A DNA stretch of 64,000 nt from Candidatus Woesearchaeota archaeon. GTDB lineage: Archaea; Nanobdellota; Nanobdellia; Woesearchaeales; GW2011-AR9. The notes under the pieces are model-generated. The model saw only the letters and a program-made list of their open reading frames with translations, ran no database searches and was not told where the DNA came from. The DNA lies in assembly GCA_018696595.1 (NCBI GenBank), contig JABHQW010000003.1:224001-288000 (forward strand), in the 5' to 3' direction. Below are positions 47,968 through 57,257 of the stretch, in pieces; position 1 is the stretch's first letter, and each line of letters starts with the position of its first letter. A program made the position numbers and the translations under genes.

Positions 47968-49863
47968 ATGTCAGTTCCAGAATTAATATTAGAAGAAAGG
48001 CTAAGTAAAGTAAAATCAGAAAATATTGCTAAAGAGATTATAAGCAAAAGAGATAACCGTTCTTGGTTAAGAAAAGGAGTAGATTATTTGTCAAGAAGCA
48101 TTTTATTACCTGCCGCAGCAACTTTAGCAATTGCTTTACCTTCTTGTGAAACTGGAGAAGTCAATTCACAATATAATGGATGTAAGTTCGATAGTCAATG
48201 TGCTTCTGGAGAAATTTGTGATAACAATACAAAACAATGTGTTCCAAAAGATAAAGAATTAGAAAGTTGTATTATGGATACAGATTGTCCAGAAGATTTT
48301 CATTGCAACCCAGATAAAGTTTGTTCAAATGTTCCAGATACTACTAAGATATTAGGGTCAGCAGTTTCTGAGTTAGAGAGTATTACAGGAGATCAGAAAA
48401 AATTAACTTTCAAAGGAAGTTCTACCTACGCCAATAAACTAAAACCAGGAGACATCATAGTAGCAGGTATTAGTAATAAATTGGAAGAAGGATTATTGAG
48501 AGAAGTCACTTCAATCAGTAACTCAGGAAGCAATATTAGCGTTCAAACAGTAAGTGCATCTTTAGAACAAGCAATAAAAAAAGGAATAATTAGTGGAACA
48601 ATTGTTTTTAGTGAGGATTATTTAGGAAAAGCTGATGCAATCACACCAGGAGTAACTATTGAAACAACTTATTTTCCGCTTTCAGAAGAGATGAGTATGG
48701 AAATTAATTTTGATCATGTTAATCTTTACAAAAATGTATTATTCTTAGATGGAAGTTTAGAAGGAAATATTTCTGCTAATTTTGAAGTAGAAATTGATTG
48801 GTTTAAAATTAAAGAAGTTTATTTTGCTTTAGGTGGCGAAGAAAACTTAGACTTAACTTTAAGTGGAGAAATAAGTAAAACGATTTCTGAACAATTACCC
48901 CCAATCAAACCATTACATTTTCCTCCAATTGCTTTTGCCATTCCGACTGTCCCCCCAATACCGGTAGTAATTAGTCCAGAACTATCCATTATTCTTGGAG
49001 TTGATGCATCGGGAGAATTAAGTTTTGAAACAGGAATTAATCAATCAATAGAAATGTTATATGGATTACAATACAAAAATAAAGAATGGCAACCAATTAA
49101 ATCTTTTGCCCATAATTTTGATACTACTGGGGTTAATTTAACTCAAACACACGCAGATATTAGAGCATATGTTATTCCTTTATTCGCTTTAGATTTTTAC
49201 GGGGTTGCTGGCCCTTACGGTGCAGTTGAAGCTTTTGTTGGTGCAGAAGTTGAACCATTTAATAATCCTTGGTGCTCAGTTTATGCAGGATTGGATATTA
49301 TGGCAGGAGTTCATGTGGAGGCATTAGGAAAAACTTTAGCCGACTATCATACTACTATTTTTGAATTAGAAAAAGAATTGTATACTTGTGAAGAAAGTAA
49401 TACGTGTATACCATCTCAAGAGATTTGTGATGGAAAAGACAATGATTGTGATAATAATGTTGATGAAGGAAACGTTTGCGGAAGCACTTGTCAAGATGAA
49501 TGTTATAATGTTGGACAAACAGAATGTGTGAACAGTTCTTCATTTAAAGAATGTGGAAATTATGATGAAGATAGTTGTTTAGAGTTAAGTTCTACACAAT
49601 ATTGTGGGAATGAGGAAATTTGTGAAAATGGCGAATGTGTTGAAGAATCTACGGGAACAGATTATACAGTTGATGAATTGTTTCAATTATGTTCAGATTG
49701 GAGAGATCTCCATAAAGAATGTTACGGAGAATATCCTGCATTAATGAGCATGCTTTGTTCAGAATTATCAGAAGAAGTAAAAGAAAGTGGAAATATTCCA
49801 AAAGATTGGCTTTGTGCAAAAAATGCTACTTGTACCAAATATATTGAATGTCACGAGAATTAA
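47968..49863 (+). CDS. Large secreted/lipoprotein-like protein with Cys-rich modules and a beta-rich central domain
   Basis: AAATLAIALPSC lipobox-like segment; CKFDSQCASGEIC and CIMDTDCPEDFHC; EICDGKDNDCDNNVDEG (MopE-like). Confidence 0.7.
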   Translation: MSVPELILEERLSKVKSENIAKEIISKRDNRSWLRKGVDYLSRSILLPAAATLAIALPSCETGEVNSQYNGCKFDSQCASGEICDNNTKQCVPKDKELESCIMDTDCPEDFHCNPDKVCSNVPDTTKILGSAVSELESITGDQKKLTFKGSSTYANKLKPGDIIVAGISNKLEEGLLREVTSISNSGSNISVQTVSASLEQAIKKGIISGTIVFSEDYLGKADAITPGVTIETTYFPLSEEMSMEINFDHVNLYKNVLFLDGSLEGNISANFEVEIDWFKIKEVYFALGGEENLDLTLSGEISKTISEQLPPIKPLHFPPIAFAIPTVPPIPVVISPELSIILGVDASGELSFETGINQSIEMLYGLQYKNKEWQPIKSFAHNFDTTGVNLTQTHADIRAYVIPLFALDFYGVAGPYGAVEAFVGAEVEPFNNPWCSVYAGLDIMAGVHVEALGKTLADYHTTIFELEKELYTCEESNTCIPSQEICDGKDNDCDNNVDEGNVCGSTCQDECYNVGQTECVNSSSFKECGNYDEDSCLELSSTQYCGNEEICENGECVEESTGTDYTVDELFQLCSDWRDLHKECYGEYPALMSMLCSELSEEVKESGNIPKDWLCAKNATCTKYIECHEN

Positions 49864-49888
49864 TAAAAAAAATTAAAATAAAAAAAAT

Positions 49889-50128
49889 TTACTTGAGAAT
49901 TTCGTATTCTTTAACAATTATCACTAAGAACAAGAACAGTAATACTGCACCACCAATCATGTACCATAATCCTGGGAACATCATTGTATCTCTAATAGCA
50001 ACATACATTCCCCAGCCCATGACGATAAAACCTAGCCAAAGAAACTTGTCTAACACTAACTTCATGATCTGAAATTCTTGATCCTCGGTCATCTGTTTTT
50101 TTCCGTTTATTTTTCTTTTTCTTGCCAT
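49889..50128 (-). CDS. Small two-TM membrane protein
   Basis: EFQIMKLVLDKFLWLGFIVMGWG...; follows the pilin-like gene on the same strand. Confidence 0.7.
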   Translation of the reverse strand: MARKRKINGKKQMTEDQEFQIMKLVLDKFLWLGFIVMGWGMYVAIRDTMMFPGLWYMIGGAVLLFLFLVIIVKEYEILK

Positions 50129-50140
50129 TTTTCAATACCT

Positions 50141-50695
50141 CTAAATGATGTTCACAAAGAAAGATTTCTCTGCGTACGGTGCGTCTGGAGTAATTTCATT
50201 ACCACCATCATCAACTTCCATTATTCTCAAGTTAACCAAATAAGTTCCAGTATCACCATCTGCATTAATCTTAATATTGTAAGCTTCTGCATTAGTTGTC
50301 TGCAAAGTAAACGCACTAGTATCATAGAAAAAACTCACATGATCTTTTAGCTGCTCAATAGTCCACTCTGGATGAGCTTGACTCTCTGTCGCCTCAACTT
50401 TAATCTCAAACTTCAATTGAGCGTTGTTAGTATTCTTAACACCAATTGCAATATCTTGCGCGTCTCCCTTCTCAATACTTAATGTAGTTGCTGGAAAACT
50501 TAACTTTTTATCACCTGTTCTAAGATCTTCCAAAATCTGTTGTCTAATCTGTTCTTGTACTCCAGTAGAAGTTTCTGTAATAGATTTAAACTGACCACGA
50601 ACAAAACTTAATCCCAATCCCAGAACAACGAAAGCAATAACAACAATTACGATCGCTTGGATAGATAAGTTCAATGAACCTTTTTTATTATTCAT
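50141..50695 (-). CDS. Type IV pilin-like protein (class III signal peptide)
   Basis: MNNKKG/SLNLSIQAIVIVVIAFVVL; GAGGTG SD. Confidence 0.75.
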   Translation of the reverse strand: MNNKKGSLNLSIQAIVIVVIAFVVLGLGLSFVRGQFKSITETSTGVQEQIRQQILEDLRTGDKKLSFPATTLSIEKGDAQDIAIGVKNTNNAQLKFEIKVEATESQAHPEWTIEQLKDHVSFFYDTSAFTLQTTNAEAYNIKINADGDTGTYLVNLRIMEVDDGGNEITPDAPYAEKSFFVNII

Positions 50696-50835
50696 TATTT
50701 TACACCTCTTTTTTAATAATTATAATATAAAGTAATATTTTTTCATATATAAATGTTTGGAAAAATAACATTTTTCCAGACATTTCAAAAAGTCCTTGCT
50801 TTTTGTTATGTATTGGATATTTCAAGTTAAAAAAT

Positions 50836-51672
50836 TTAGAACAACCTTTTAATAATAAAATCAAAAACTTCTCTGCCAAATATTAACACTAAGTAAGCAA
50901 ACAAGAAACTGGGAACGAAAGGTACGCCTTCTTTGATCAAGATTAAGTTTTTCAAGGGTAACAATTTAACTAAATCTTCTTTTTCTAAAGTTTTTGCTGC
51001 CACAATAATTTTTGTTCCAACTTTAACATCTTCAGCTAACCAATCCCCTTCTGTAAGATTCTCTGGTTTGATTTTTTTAAAGAAACAAGTTTTTTCTACA
51101 GAGTTTACGAAACTGAACAAATAAAACATTCCTAAAGGGAGAATGATTAACGGCCAGAAAAATGATTGGAAGATAGTCAAAACAACAAAGATTAAAGAAA
51201 CGATTAAAGTAAATGAATGTAACTTCTTCTGTTTCTTCATTCTTTTCGTGATATCTTTAACAAAAAGTTTTCTTTTGACAATAGCGATTACAATCATATA
51301 AATCAAACCATAAATTGCGCCCAAGAATAATAATGCTAGGAAAAAAAATAGTAAGTTCCAACTATCGGCATTAAAAGAATAATTAATTCCAATAATAACT
51401 CCCATCGCCATTAATAGTTTAGAATCTCCGCCACCCCATTGACCAGTATAATAGAATAGAAAAGCTAATGCTAAACAGATAATGAAACCTAGAATCCCGC
51501 TAAATAAAACAGTCCAACCCAATTCGAATGAGAAAATAATTCTGACCCCAAACGCAGCAAAGATCAATCCATAATTTAACCAATCAGGAACTTCTCTTGT
51601 TCTAATGTCTGAATAAGAAGCAATAAGTAAAGCGATTAATGTGATTGCAATTAGAGTAACATCTAAAACCAT
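50836..51672 (-). CDS. Prepilin peptidase (A24, PibD/FlaK-like)
   Basis: ASYSDIRTREVPD, WGGGDSKLL, EGVPFVPSF. Confidence 0.92.
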   Translation of the reverse strand: MVLDVTLIAITLIALLIASYSDIRTREVPDWLNYGLIFAAFGVRIIFSFELGWTVLFSGILGFIICLALAFLFYYTGQWGGGDSKLLMAMGVIIGINYSFNADSWNLLFFFLALLFLGAIYGLIYMIVIAIVKRKLFVKDITKRMKKQKKLHSFTLIVSLIFVVLTIFQSFFWPLIILPLGMFYLFSFVNSVEKTCFFKKIKPENLTEGDWLAEDVKVGTKIIVAAKTLEKEDLVKLLPLKNLILIKEGVPFVPSFLFAYLVLIFGREVFDFIIKRLF

Positions 51673-51978
51673 ATGTAGAAAGAATTATTTTATGTTTATT
51701 AAGATGTTGGTTTTTTGTTAGTTCTGGTAACAATTTATTAATAATAAAGGAAGAAAAAAATCATTGAAAACCGTATAGCAAAACATTGAACAATGCTAAT
51801 TTTAAACACGAACAAAGATAAACAATATAATCTTCATTTTCTAATTATTATTTTCATCTAAATCAAATCAACAAAATTAAAACCAAGACAGTGCAAACAT
51901 TTATAAACAAAATTATATTAACAGAACCTAGTAGAAAGTAGAATATAATACTTAATAAACAAAAAAACGGTGATAAAT

Positions 51979-52539
51979 ATGGTAGACGAAAACTATGATC
52001 TCTTACCTCATAAACTTCTTGCAGACTTAAAAGAAGATGTGGATTCTTTAAAAAAGAAAATGAACGAACCAAATCAAAAGATTAACGAACTAATCTTAGA
52101 GATTGAAAGTATGAAAGATGTGGTAAATGATTTAAACACAATATTTCAAAAAGCTTTGGCACAAACCAAAGATGCGGACCCACATCAAATTATTAAAGTT
52201 CTTGCACAAAGAACAGAAACGGTATTGAATCAAAACGAAACTATTGCTAAAGGCATGGTAGCAATTTCTGATAAATTAGAGAGTTGGATGGAAACACAGA
52301 GTCAAGTTGTAAGTAAACCAATACCACAACATGCCCCTGTGGCTCAGCAACAACAACAACAACATATGCCACCACCCCAAATGGGGACATCGCAACATAG
52401 TATGGGTCCGCCAGAGATGCCGGGCAATAGAGTTGCTCCAATGCCACCGATGGCAGGACAACAGCAAGGAGGGATGGATATGCCGCCACCACCGCCAGGT
52501 TCAAGTAAGAAAAATATAATTGGTGGATTATTCAAATAA
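51979..52539 (+). CDS. Coiled-coil protein with a Pro/Gln/Met-rich C-terminal tail
   Basis: Heptad-rich N-terminal half; QQQQQQHMPPP and MPPPPPG; GGTGA SD. Confidence 0.75.
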   Translation: MVDENYDLLPHKLLADLKEDVDSLKKKMNEPNQKINELILEIESMKDVVNDLNTIFQKALAQTKDADPHQIIKVLAQRTETVLNQNETIAKGMVAISDKLESWMETQSQVVSKPIPQHAPVAQQQQQQHMPPPQMGTSQHSMGPPEMPGNRVAPMPPMAGQQQGGMDMPPPPPGSSKKNIIGGLFK

Positions 52540-52541
52540 AG

Positions 52542-53408
52542 ATGGGTTACTTAAAAGCCAAACAATTATTGGTAACTTTAGCTAAAGTTCAAGAGAAAGA
52601 AAAAAAGAACTTTAATAGACTTGAGATCGTTAAAAAGATGAACGAAATAAAATATCTTTCTACACAAAAGAAAGTTCCGCGTTTGACTTTAAGAAAAGAG
52701 GTAATTCATTTAGAAAATAAGATCGAAGGAATTCTAGAACTTGAAGAAGAATTAATGAAGAAAAAGAAACATGAATCAAAAAGAATTGTTTCTTTGAAAA
52801 AACAAATTACTAATCTGAAGAAAAAGTTAACTGCTTGTCAGGATAAAGATTTAAAGAAAAAGGTTGAAAGATTATCTCACTTATTGGGGGATTTCTTAGC
52901 TAAACATGGAACTAAAGATGACATTGAGTTAAGTAAAAAAATCTTGAAAGAAATTAAAGTTAAGAAAAGGTTACCTTCAACTAAAGCTAAGAAAATCAAA
53001 CATGATCGACACCCTGTTAAAAGACAAAAAGTTACTGAAGTTTCTATTTTAACTGAACAAGATAAATTAAGGATCAGAAGATTACAATTACGGATGAAGA
53101 TTCTTAAACAAGAATTAGACCAAGTTGAAGAAGTTGATTTACAGAAAACTAAATTGTTGGAACAAAGAGTAAGTCTTTTAGAAATGAAGTTAAACGGTTA
53201 TTACAAAGAACACCCAGAATTACTTTCTGAAACAATTGTAGAAAAGAAATCTGAAGTGGTTTCTTCGCCGATGGAAGTTAAACATACTTTAATGTTCAAT
53301 GGTTCTGAGAGTAAAGAATCTTTATTGCTTGGTGACCATGGCAAATCTATAGAAATTGATTTAGAGAAAGAATTACCTTTACCGCCGCCGCCTAAGATGA
53401 CTGATTAG
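52542..53408 (+). CDS. Basic coiled-coil hypothetical protein with a poly-Pro C-terminus
   Basis: K/E-rich heptads; ends LPLPPPPKMTD. Confidence 0.7.
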   Translation: MGYLKAKQLLVTLAKVQEKEKKNFNRLEIVKKMNEIKYLSTQKKVPRLTLRKEVIHLENKIEGILELEEELMKKKKHESKRIVSLKKQITNLKKKLTACQDKDLKKKVERLSHLLGDFLAKHGTKDDIELSKKILKEIKVKKRLPSTKAKKIKHDRHPVKRQKVTEVSILTEQDKLRIRRLQLRMKILKQELDQVEEVDLQKTKLLEQRVSLLEMKLNGYYKEHPELLSETIVEKKSEVVSSPMEVKHTLMFNGSESKESLLLGDHGKSIEIDLEKELPLPPPPKMTD

Positions 53409-53473
53409 AGTTCTTGAAGATATATATTTGCGGAGGATAATATTTTTAAATCATTTCTAATTAATTATTGTCT

Positions 53474-53986
53474 ATGAAAGAATTATTAAGAGAAGTTTAT
53501 TTCTTTAAAGGATTAGATGATGAACAAATTGGTCAAGTTTGTGGCATTTCTATGTTTTCCACTTATCAACCAGGAAAAATAATTATTACTGAAGGAGCAA
53601 TAGATGATAAATTTTATATCATTCAATCTGGAGGAGTAGAAGTTTATACGAAACCTTTTCTTGAAGCGGAGAAACAAATATTAGCCACATTAGGAGCAGG
53701 AAATTTTTTTGGAGAAGTTGCTGCAATCTTTGGTAGACCAAGAACAGCTTATATTGCTGCAACAGATCAAACTTATGCTTTAGAAGTTGATGGAACAGAA
53801 CTGAAAAATTTGATGAGAGATAACTCATCACTGGGATCTTTAATTATGTATGGAATTGCAGAAGAATTAGCACGAAGACAAGAAACATCTAATAAAAGAG
53901 TAAAGGATCTTGAAATTGAAAAGAATACTTTGGCAGCAAAGTTGCACATAGCTGAGACTAAAATTCCAAGAAAGAAACGTGATTAA
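53474..53986 (+). CDS. Cyclic nucleotide-binding domain protein
   Basis: YQPGKIIITEG..DDKFYIIQSGGVEV, LGAGNFFGEVA..GRPRTA. Confidence 0.9.
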   Translation: MKELLREVYFFKGLDDEQIGQVCGISMFSTYQPGKIIITEGAIDDKFYIIQSGGVEVYTKPFLEAEKQILATLGAGNFFGEVAAIFGRPRTAYIAATDQTYALEVDGTELKNLMRDNSSLGSLIMYGIAEELARRQETSNKRVKDLEIEKNTLAAKLHIAETKIPRKKRD

Positions 53987-54029
53987 ACAGTAATATTTAT
54001 ATAAGATTTCTTGATTTTCTATGTTTATT

Positions 54030-54167
54030 GCCCCTGTGGCCTAGCGGTATGGCGTTGCATTGGTAAATCTTAACTTAGTTTTCGTTAAGTTCAAAGATGC
54101 AGAGATCCCGAGTTCAATTTCCGTAAGGGAGTTACAAACCCTTCGTTTGAAAGTCTCGGCAGGGGCT
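54030..54167 (+). tRNA. tRNA-Thr(GGT) with two introns: 37/38 (54066-54096) and 59/60 (54119-54153)
   Basis: Acceptor GCCCCTG/CAGGGGC with U73; anticodon stem TTGCA/TGCAG; T stem CCGAG/CTCGG; BHB helices TTGG/TCAA and TTCA/TGAA. Confidence 0.9.
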
Positions 54168-54212
54168 CTCTTTTTTTCAATAAACTTTAAAAATAAAACC
54201 AACTTCTAAGCA

Positions 54213-54345
54213 TTGCTTATCTCATTAGGTATAGCTTAGCCCCTTTGTGGGCACTTTGCTTTCCAGTTACCCTTTACAGACCTAGTGCTGTATTTCGGGC
54301 CCGGGAGGATACCTTTTACAACAGCAACCCTTTTGAGATAAGCAA
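54213..54345 (+). ncRNA. Putative orphan structured RNA (~133 nt)
   Basis: 12-bp closing stem TTGCTTATCTCA/TGAGATAAGCAA; nested AGGTAT/ATACCT, GCCC/GGGC and TACAG/CTGTA stems; TTTAAAAA about 20 nt upstream; GC-enriched with no ORF. Confidence 0.45.
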
Positions 54346-54364
54346 CTTAATTCTCAACAGAAGT

Positions 54365-54461
54365 AAGTAATATGTCTACTTTGCCAATGGAGGCACATGG
54401 CACACTAATTAAAAAATTTAACAGGTGCCATAATCGTGCCGTGCAAGTTGATATATTACTT
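54365..54461. other. Dispersed hairpin element, copy 2 (core GCCAATGGAGGCAC...GTGCCGTGC)
   Basis: 17-bp imperfect closing inverted repeat; inner stem ATGGCAC/GTGCCAT. Confidence 0.8.
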
Positions 54462-54506
54462 CTAAACAAAAGAAATTCTTATATAACAAACAACTAAACA
54501 AATTCC

Positions 54507-55430
54507 ATGCTAAATCAAATATCACAAGAAATTAAATCCATGATTAACAGTTTCTCTGCAGAAGATAATATAGTTTTCAATAACAAAGTCATCAGAATAA
54601 ACAAAGATAATTTCCAAGAGATAGTCCTAAATGAAAACAAAACACTAGCTTTCATCGATGGTGGACAAGCAGAGATAATCTCAACTGGAAACTTCTGCCT
54701 CTCTTTCATCAGAATAGCAGCTGTTTTCTTTCAAAACAATAAAAAAATCAACCAAATTAAGAAAGAATTCTATTTGTTTACTAAATCTAAATACTTAAAC
54801 GAAGATTTATACTATGAATCAAAGATATTTGGAAACAAAATAATCAATGAAGAAGATTTATTAATCTCTTCTAATGATTCCAGTATTAAAACAGGATCAG
54901 AACGAGCACCAATTTCTAAAATAACAAACATGGCTAGAAGATTTGCAGAATTATCTTTAGCAAAAGAAATCCAAGCAGACCACATTATCTTAGATGGTAC
55001 TTTAGAACCAACTTTTAAGAATGAAGAAAAATATATTCCCAATAATGCTTCAGCCCTAGCAAAATCATCATCTCTATTCACAACATCAGGAAATTCGCCA
55101 GTAATTCTCTTAAATAAAATAGGATTAAGTAATTGTTGGAGTTATTTCTTAGAGAATAAAACTTATTTTGTAAAATTGAATCAGAAAGCCAAACATGTCT
55201 TCCGATTTGAAGGTAATAGAGAAGCTCTCCCCCATTTAGTTAGTAATTCTAAAGATGCTTTGTTCCTTGGTTATCCGTATGGATTAATCTTTGTGGATCA
55301 GATAGCTAGAGTTTCAAATTCTGAAAAGAATTCTTTGAAAATGAATTTCTTGTTGAGAAAAGATAATCAGGAAATTGCTGAGTATTTGTCTACGAGTAAC
55401 GCCCATGAGATATTGGATAATATTTCTTAA
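54507..55430 (+). CDS. nurA: NurA-family nuclease
   Basis: LAFIDGG, RRFAELSLA, IILDGTL, LAKSS, LGYPYGLIFVDQIARVS. Confidence 0.8.
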   Translation: MLNQISQEIKSMINSFSAEDNIVFNNKVIRINKDNFQEIVLNENKTLAFIDGGQAEIISTGNFCLSFIRIAAVFFQNNKKINQIKKEFYLFTKSKYLNEDLYYESKIFGNKIINEEDLLISSNDSSIKTGSERAPISKITNMARRFAELSLAKEIQADHIILDGTLEPTFKNEEKYIPNNASALAKSSSLFTTSGNSPVILLNKIGLSNCWSYFLENKTYFVKLNQKAKHVFRFEGNREALPHLVSNSKDALFLGYPYGLIFVDQIARVSNSEKNSLKMNFLLRKDNQEIAEYLSTSNAHEILDNIS

Positions 55431-55485
55431 TGTAATTACTACTTACCAGTAAGATTTATAAAAACGTCCTCTTCTAAACGTATTA

Positions 55486-56373
55486 ATGACTTATAAATCC
55501 TATTTCAATCAATTAGCAGCAAGAGAACAAATTGAACCATTAAAAGAAGCAATCGAAATAACAATTGATTTAAGTTACGCAAGTAGTGTTCTTTTCCAAC
55601 AGTATCCAATAGACAAACCCTTTGAGGAACTAATAGTCTATCAAGTCTTAGATGAACTTGCCGATCTTTCTGAACAACATGAGTCAGCAGAAGGTTTAGC
55701 AAAATTAATTTGGTATCCAGCAAAAGTCATTTGTGCTGTTATGGACCATAAAATACTACATAAAGAAGAAGGCCAGTACATTAAAGAAGCAACCGAATTA
55801 GCACTTGGCATTTACAATGGAGAAGCCACAAGAGAAGAAATTCTTGCTTTAAAAGATAAATTCATGAGTGATGAAAAAAATAAAGTGGGTTTTTCAAGAT
55901 TAGATATTTACGGTAAAAAAATTGCTGATCAAAGGTCTTGCAAAGCTATGGACCCAAAGTACAGTGAAAAGGCAGTAAAAAGTTTAACTGAAACTGTTAA
56001 CGGGGAAGATATTTTATTCATTGCGTTAGGTAATGGGGGAATTGCCCCAGGTTTAGATGTATTCCTGCGTTATTGCAACCAGAATGAAACAGATTCTACA
56101 TTTTATCCGGTTCGTTTTTCCTCACATAAAAGAGCAGACCAAACACCCCAGCTCAATGATTGGGAAGCAAAATATCTTCAAGAAGTAAGAGGAGATAAAA
56201 AAGTAGTAATATTTGATGAAGACACATCAAGCGGTTTAACTTTGAAAAGAAGTCACGAATTCTTCTGTCCTAGTTTTGTTTCAGATAAAGACATTATTCT
56301 AATGACAAATGAAGAAGGAACTCTTGAAATAGATGACCTTTGGTATAATCAAATAAGAAAGAAATCAGCTTAA
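55486..56373 (+). CDS. Hypothetical protein with a C-terminal type I phosphoribosyltransferase-like domain
   Basis: FIALGNGG; VVIFDEDTSSGLTL resembles the PRPP-binding loop. Confidence 0.65.
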   Translation: MTYKSYFNQLAAREQIEPLKEAIEITIDLSYASSVLFQQYPIDKPFEELIVYQVLDELADLSEQHESAEGLAKLIWYPAKVICAVMDHKILHKEEGQYIKEATELALGIYNGEATREEILALKDKFMSDEKNKVGFSRLDIYGKKIADQRSCKAMDPKYSEKAVKSLTETVNGEDILFIALGNGGIAPGLDVFLRYCNQNETDSTFYPVRFSSHKRADQTPQLNDWEAKYLQEVRGDKKVVIFDEDTSSGLTLKRSHEFFCPSFVSDKDIILMTNEEGTLEIDDLWYNQIRKKSA

Positions 56374-56457
56374 TTATACTCTACAACAGCATAAACTTTA
56401 TAATAGATTAACTTAAAGCTAACATATTAAAAATTTTTAAAAAGCAGGTGATGTTAA

Positions 56458-57234
56458 ATGAGAAGTATTTGTGTTATTAATCATAAAGGTGGAGTAGGAA
56501 AAACTACTACTGCCGTAAGTTTAGCTTCTGGATTGTCCAGAAATGATAAAAATGTTCTACTAGTGGATTTAGACCCGCAAAGTAATGTTAGTGTTTCACT
56601 AAAAGTAGATGCCCCATATAATTTATATGATGCTTTACAAGGAAATATTCCATTAAAAAGGTGTATTACAAATCTGGCTAAAAATCTTGACGTTTTGGCT
56701 TCTAAAGAAACTTTAGTAAAAGCAGAATATTTCTTAGCTAATAAGCTAGGATCAAAAATGCTTCTAAGAGATTTGTTAAATACCCTAGAACATGATTATG
56801 ATTATATTATCATTGATTGTCCACCATCATTAGGAATATTAAATCAGAATGTGTTGGCTTTCTGTAAAGAAGCGTTTGTTCCAACATCTACTGATTTCTT
56901 AGGATTAGATGCTTTGAAGAAAATGCAGATCATTGTTGAAAAGATTAACTCTAACTATAACCACAATATCAAGATAACTAAAGTTGTTCCAACATTCTTT
57001 GACAGAAGAACAAAGATTTGTAAAAATACTTTAATAGAAATGGAAAGAATGTTTAATGGTGTTGTTGCTGACCCAATTAGAACTAATTCTAAATTAAGAG
57101 AAGCACCAATGCATGGTAAATCTATCTTTAATTATGCTAGATCTAGTAATGGAGCTAAAGATTATGAAAAATTGGTAGATGGCGTCTTGCAAATGGGTTC
57201 TATTAGGGTTACTGAAGAAACTATTATGGCTTAG
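56458..57234 (+). CDS. parA: ParA/Soj family ATPase
   Basis: NHKGGVGKTTTA, VDLDPQSN, IIDCPPSLG, IRTNSKLREAP.HGKSI. Confidence 0.92.
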   Translation: MRSICVINHKGGVGKTTTAVSLASGLSRNDKNVLLVDLDPQSNVSVSLKVDAPYNLYDALQGNIPLKRCITNLAKNLDVLASKETLVKAEYFLANKLGSKMLLRDLLNTLEHDYDYIIIDCPPSLGILNQNVLAFCKEAFVPTSTDFLGLDALKKMQIIVEKINSNYNHNIKITKVVPTFFDRRTKICKNTLIEMERMFNGVVADPIRTNSKLREAPMHGKSIFNYARSSNGAKDYEKLVDGVLQMGSIRVTEETIMA

Positions 57235-57257
57235 TTCTTTTTTATTATTATTTTTCT

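Noticed and set aside
54213-54345. SAM-I riboswitch (CTTATC...CAGCAACC...GATAAG)
   Set aside because: The P1-like ends and GCAACC are present, but J1/2 AGA, the kink-turn P2, the P3 3' strand and P4 are missing or out of order.
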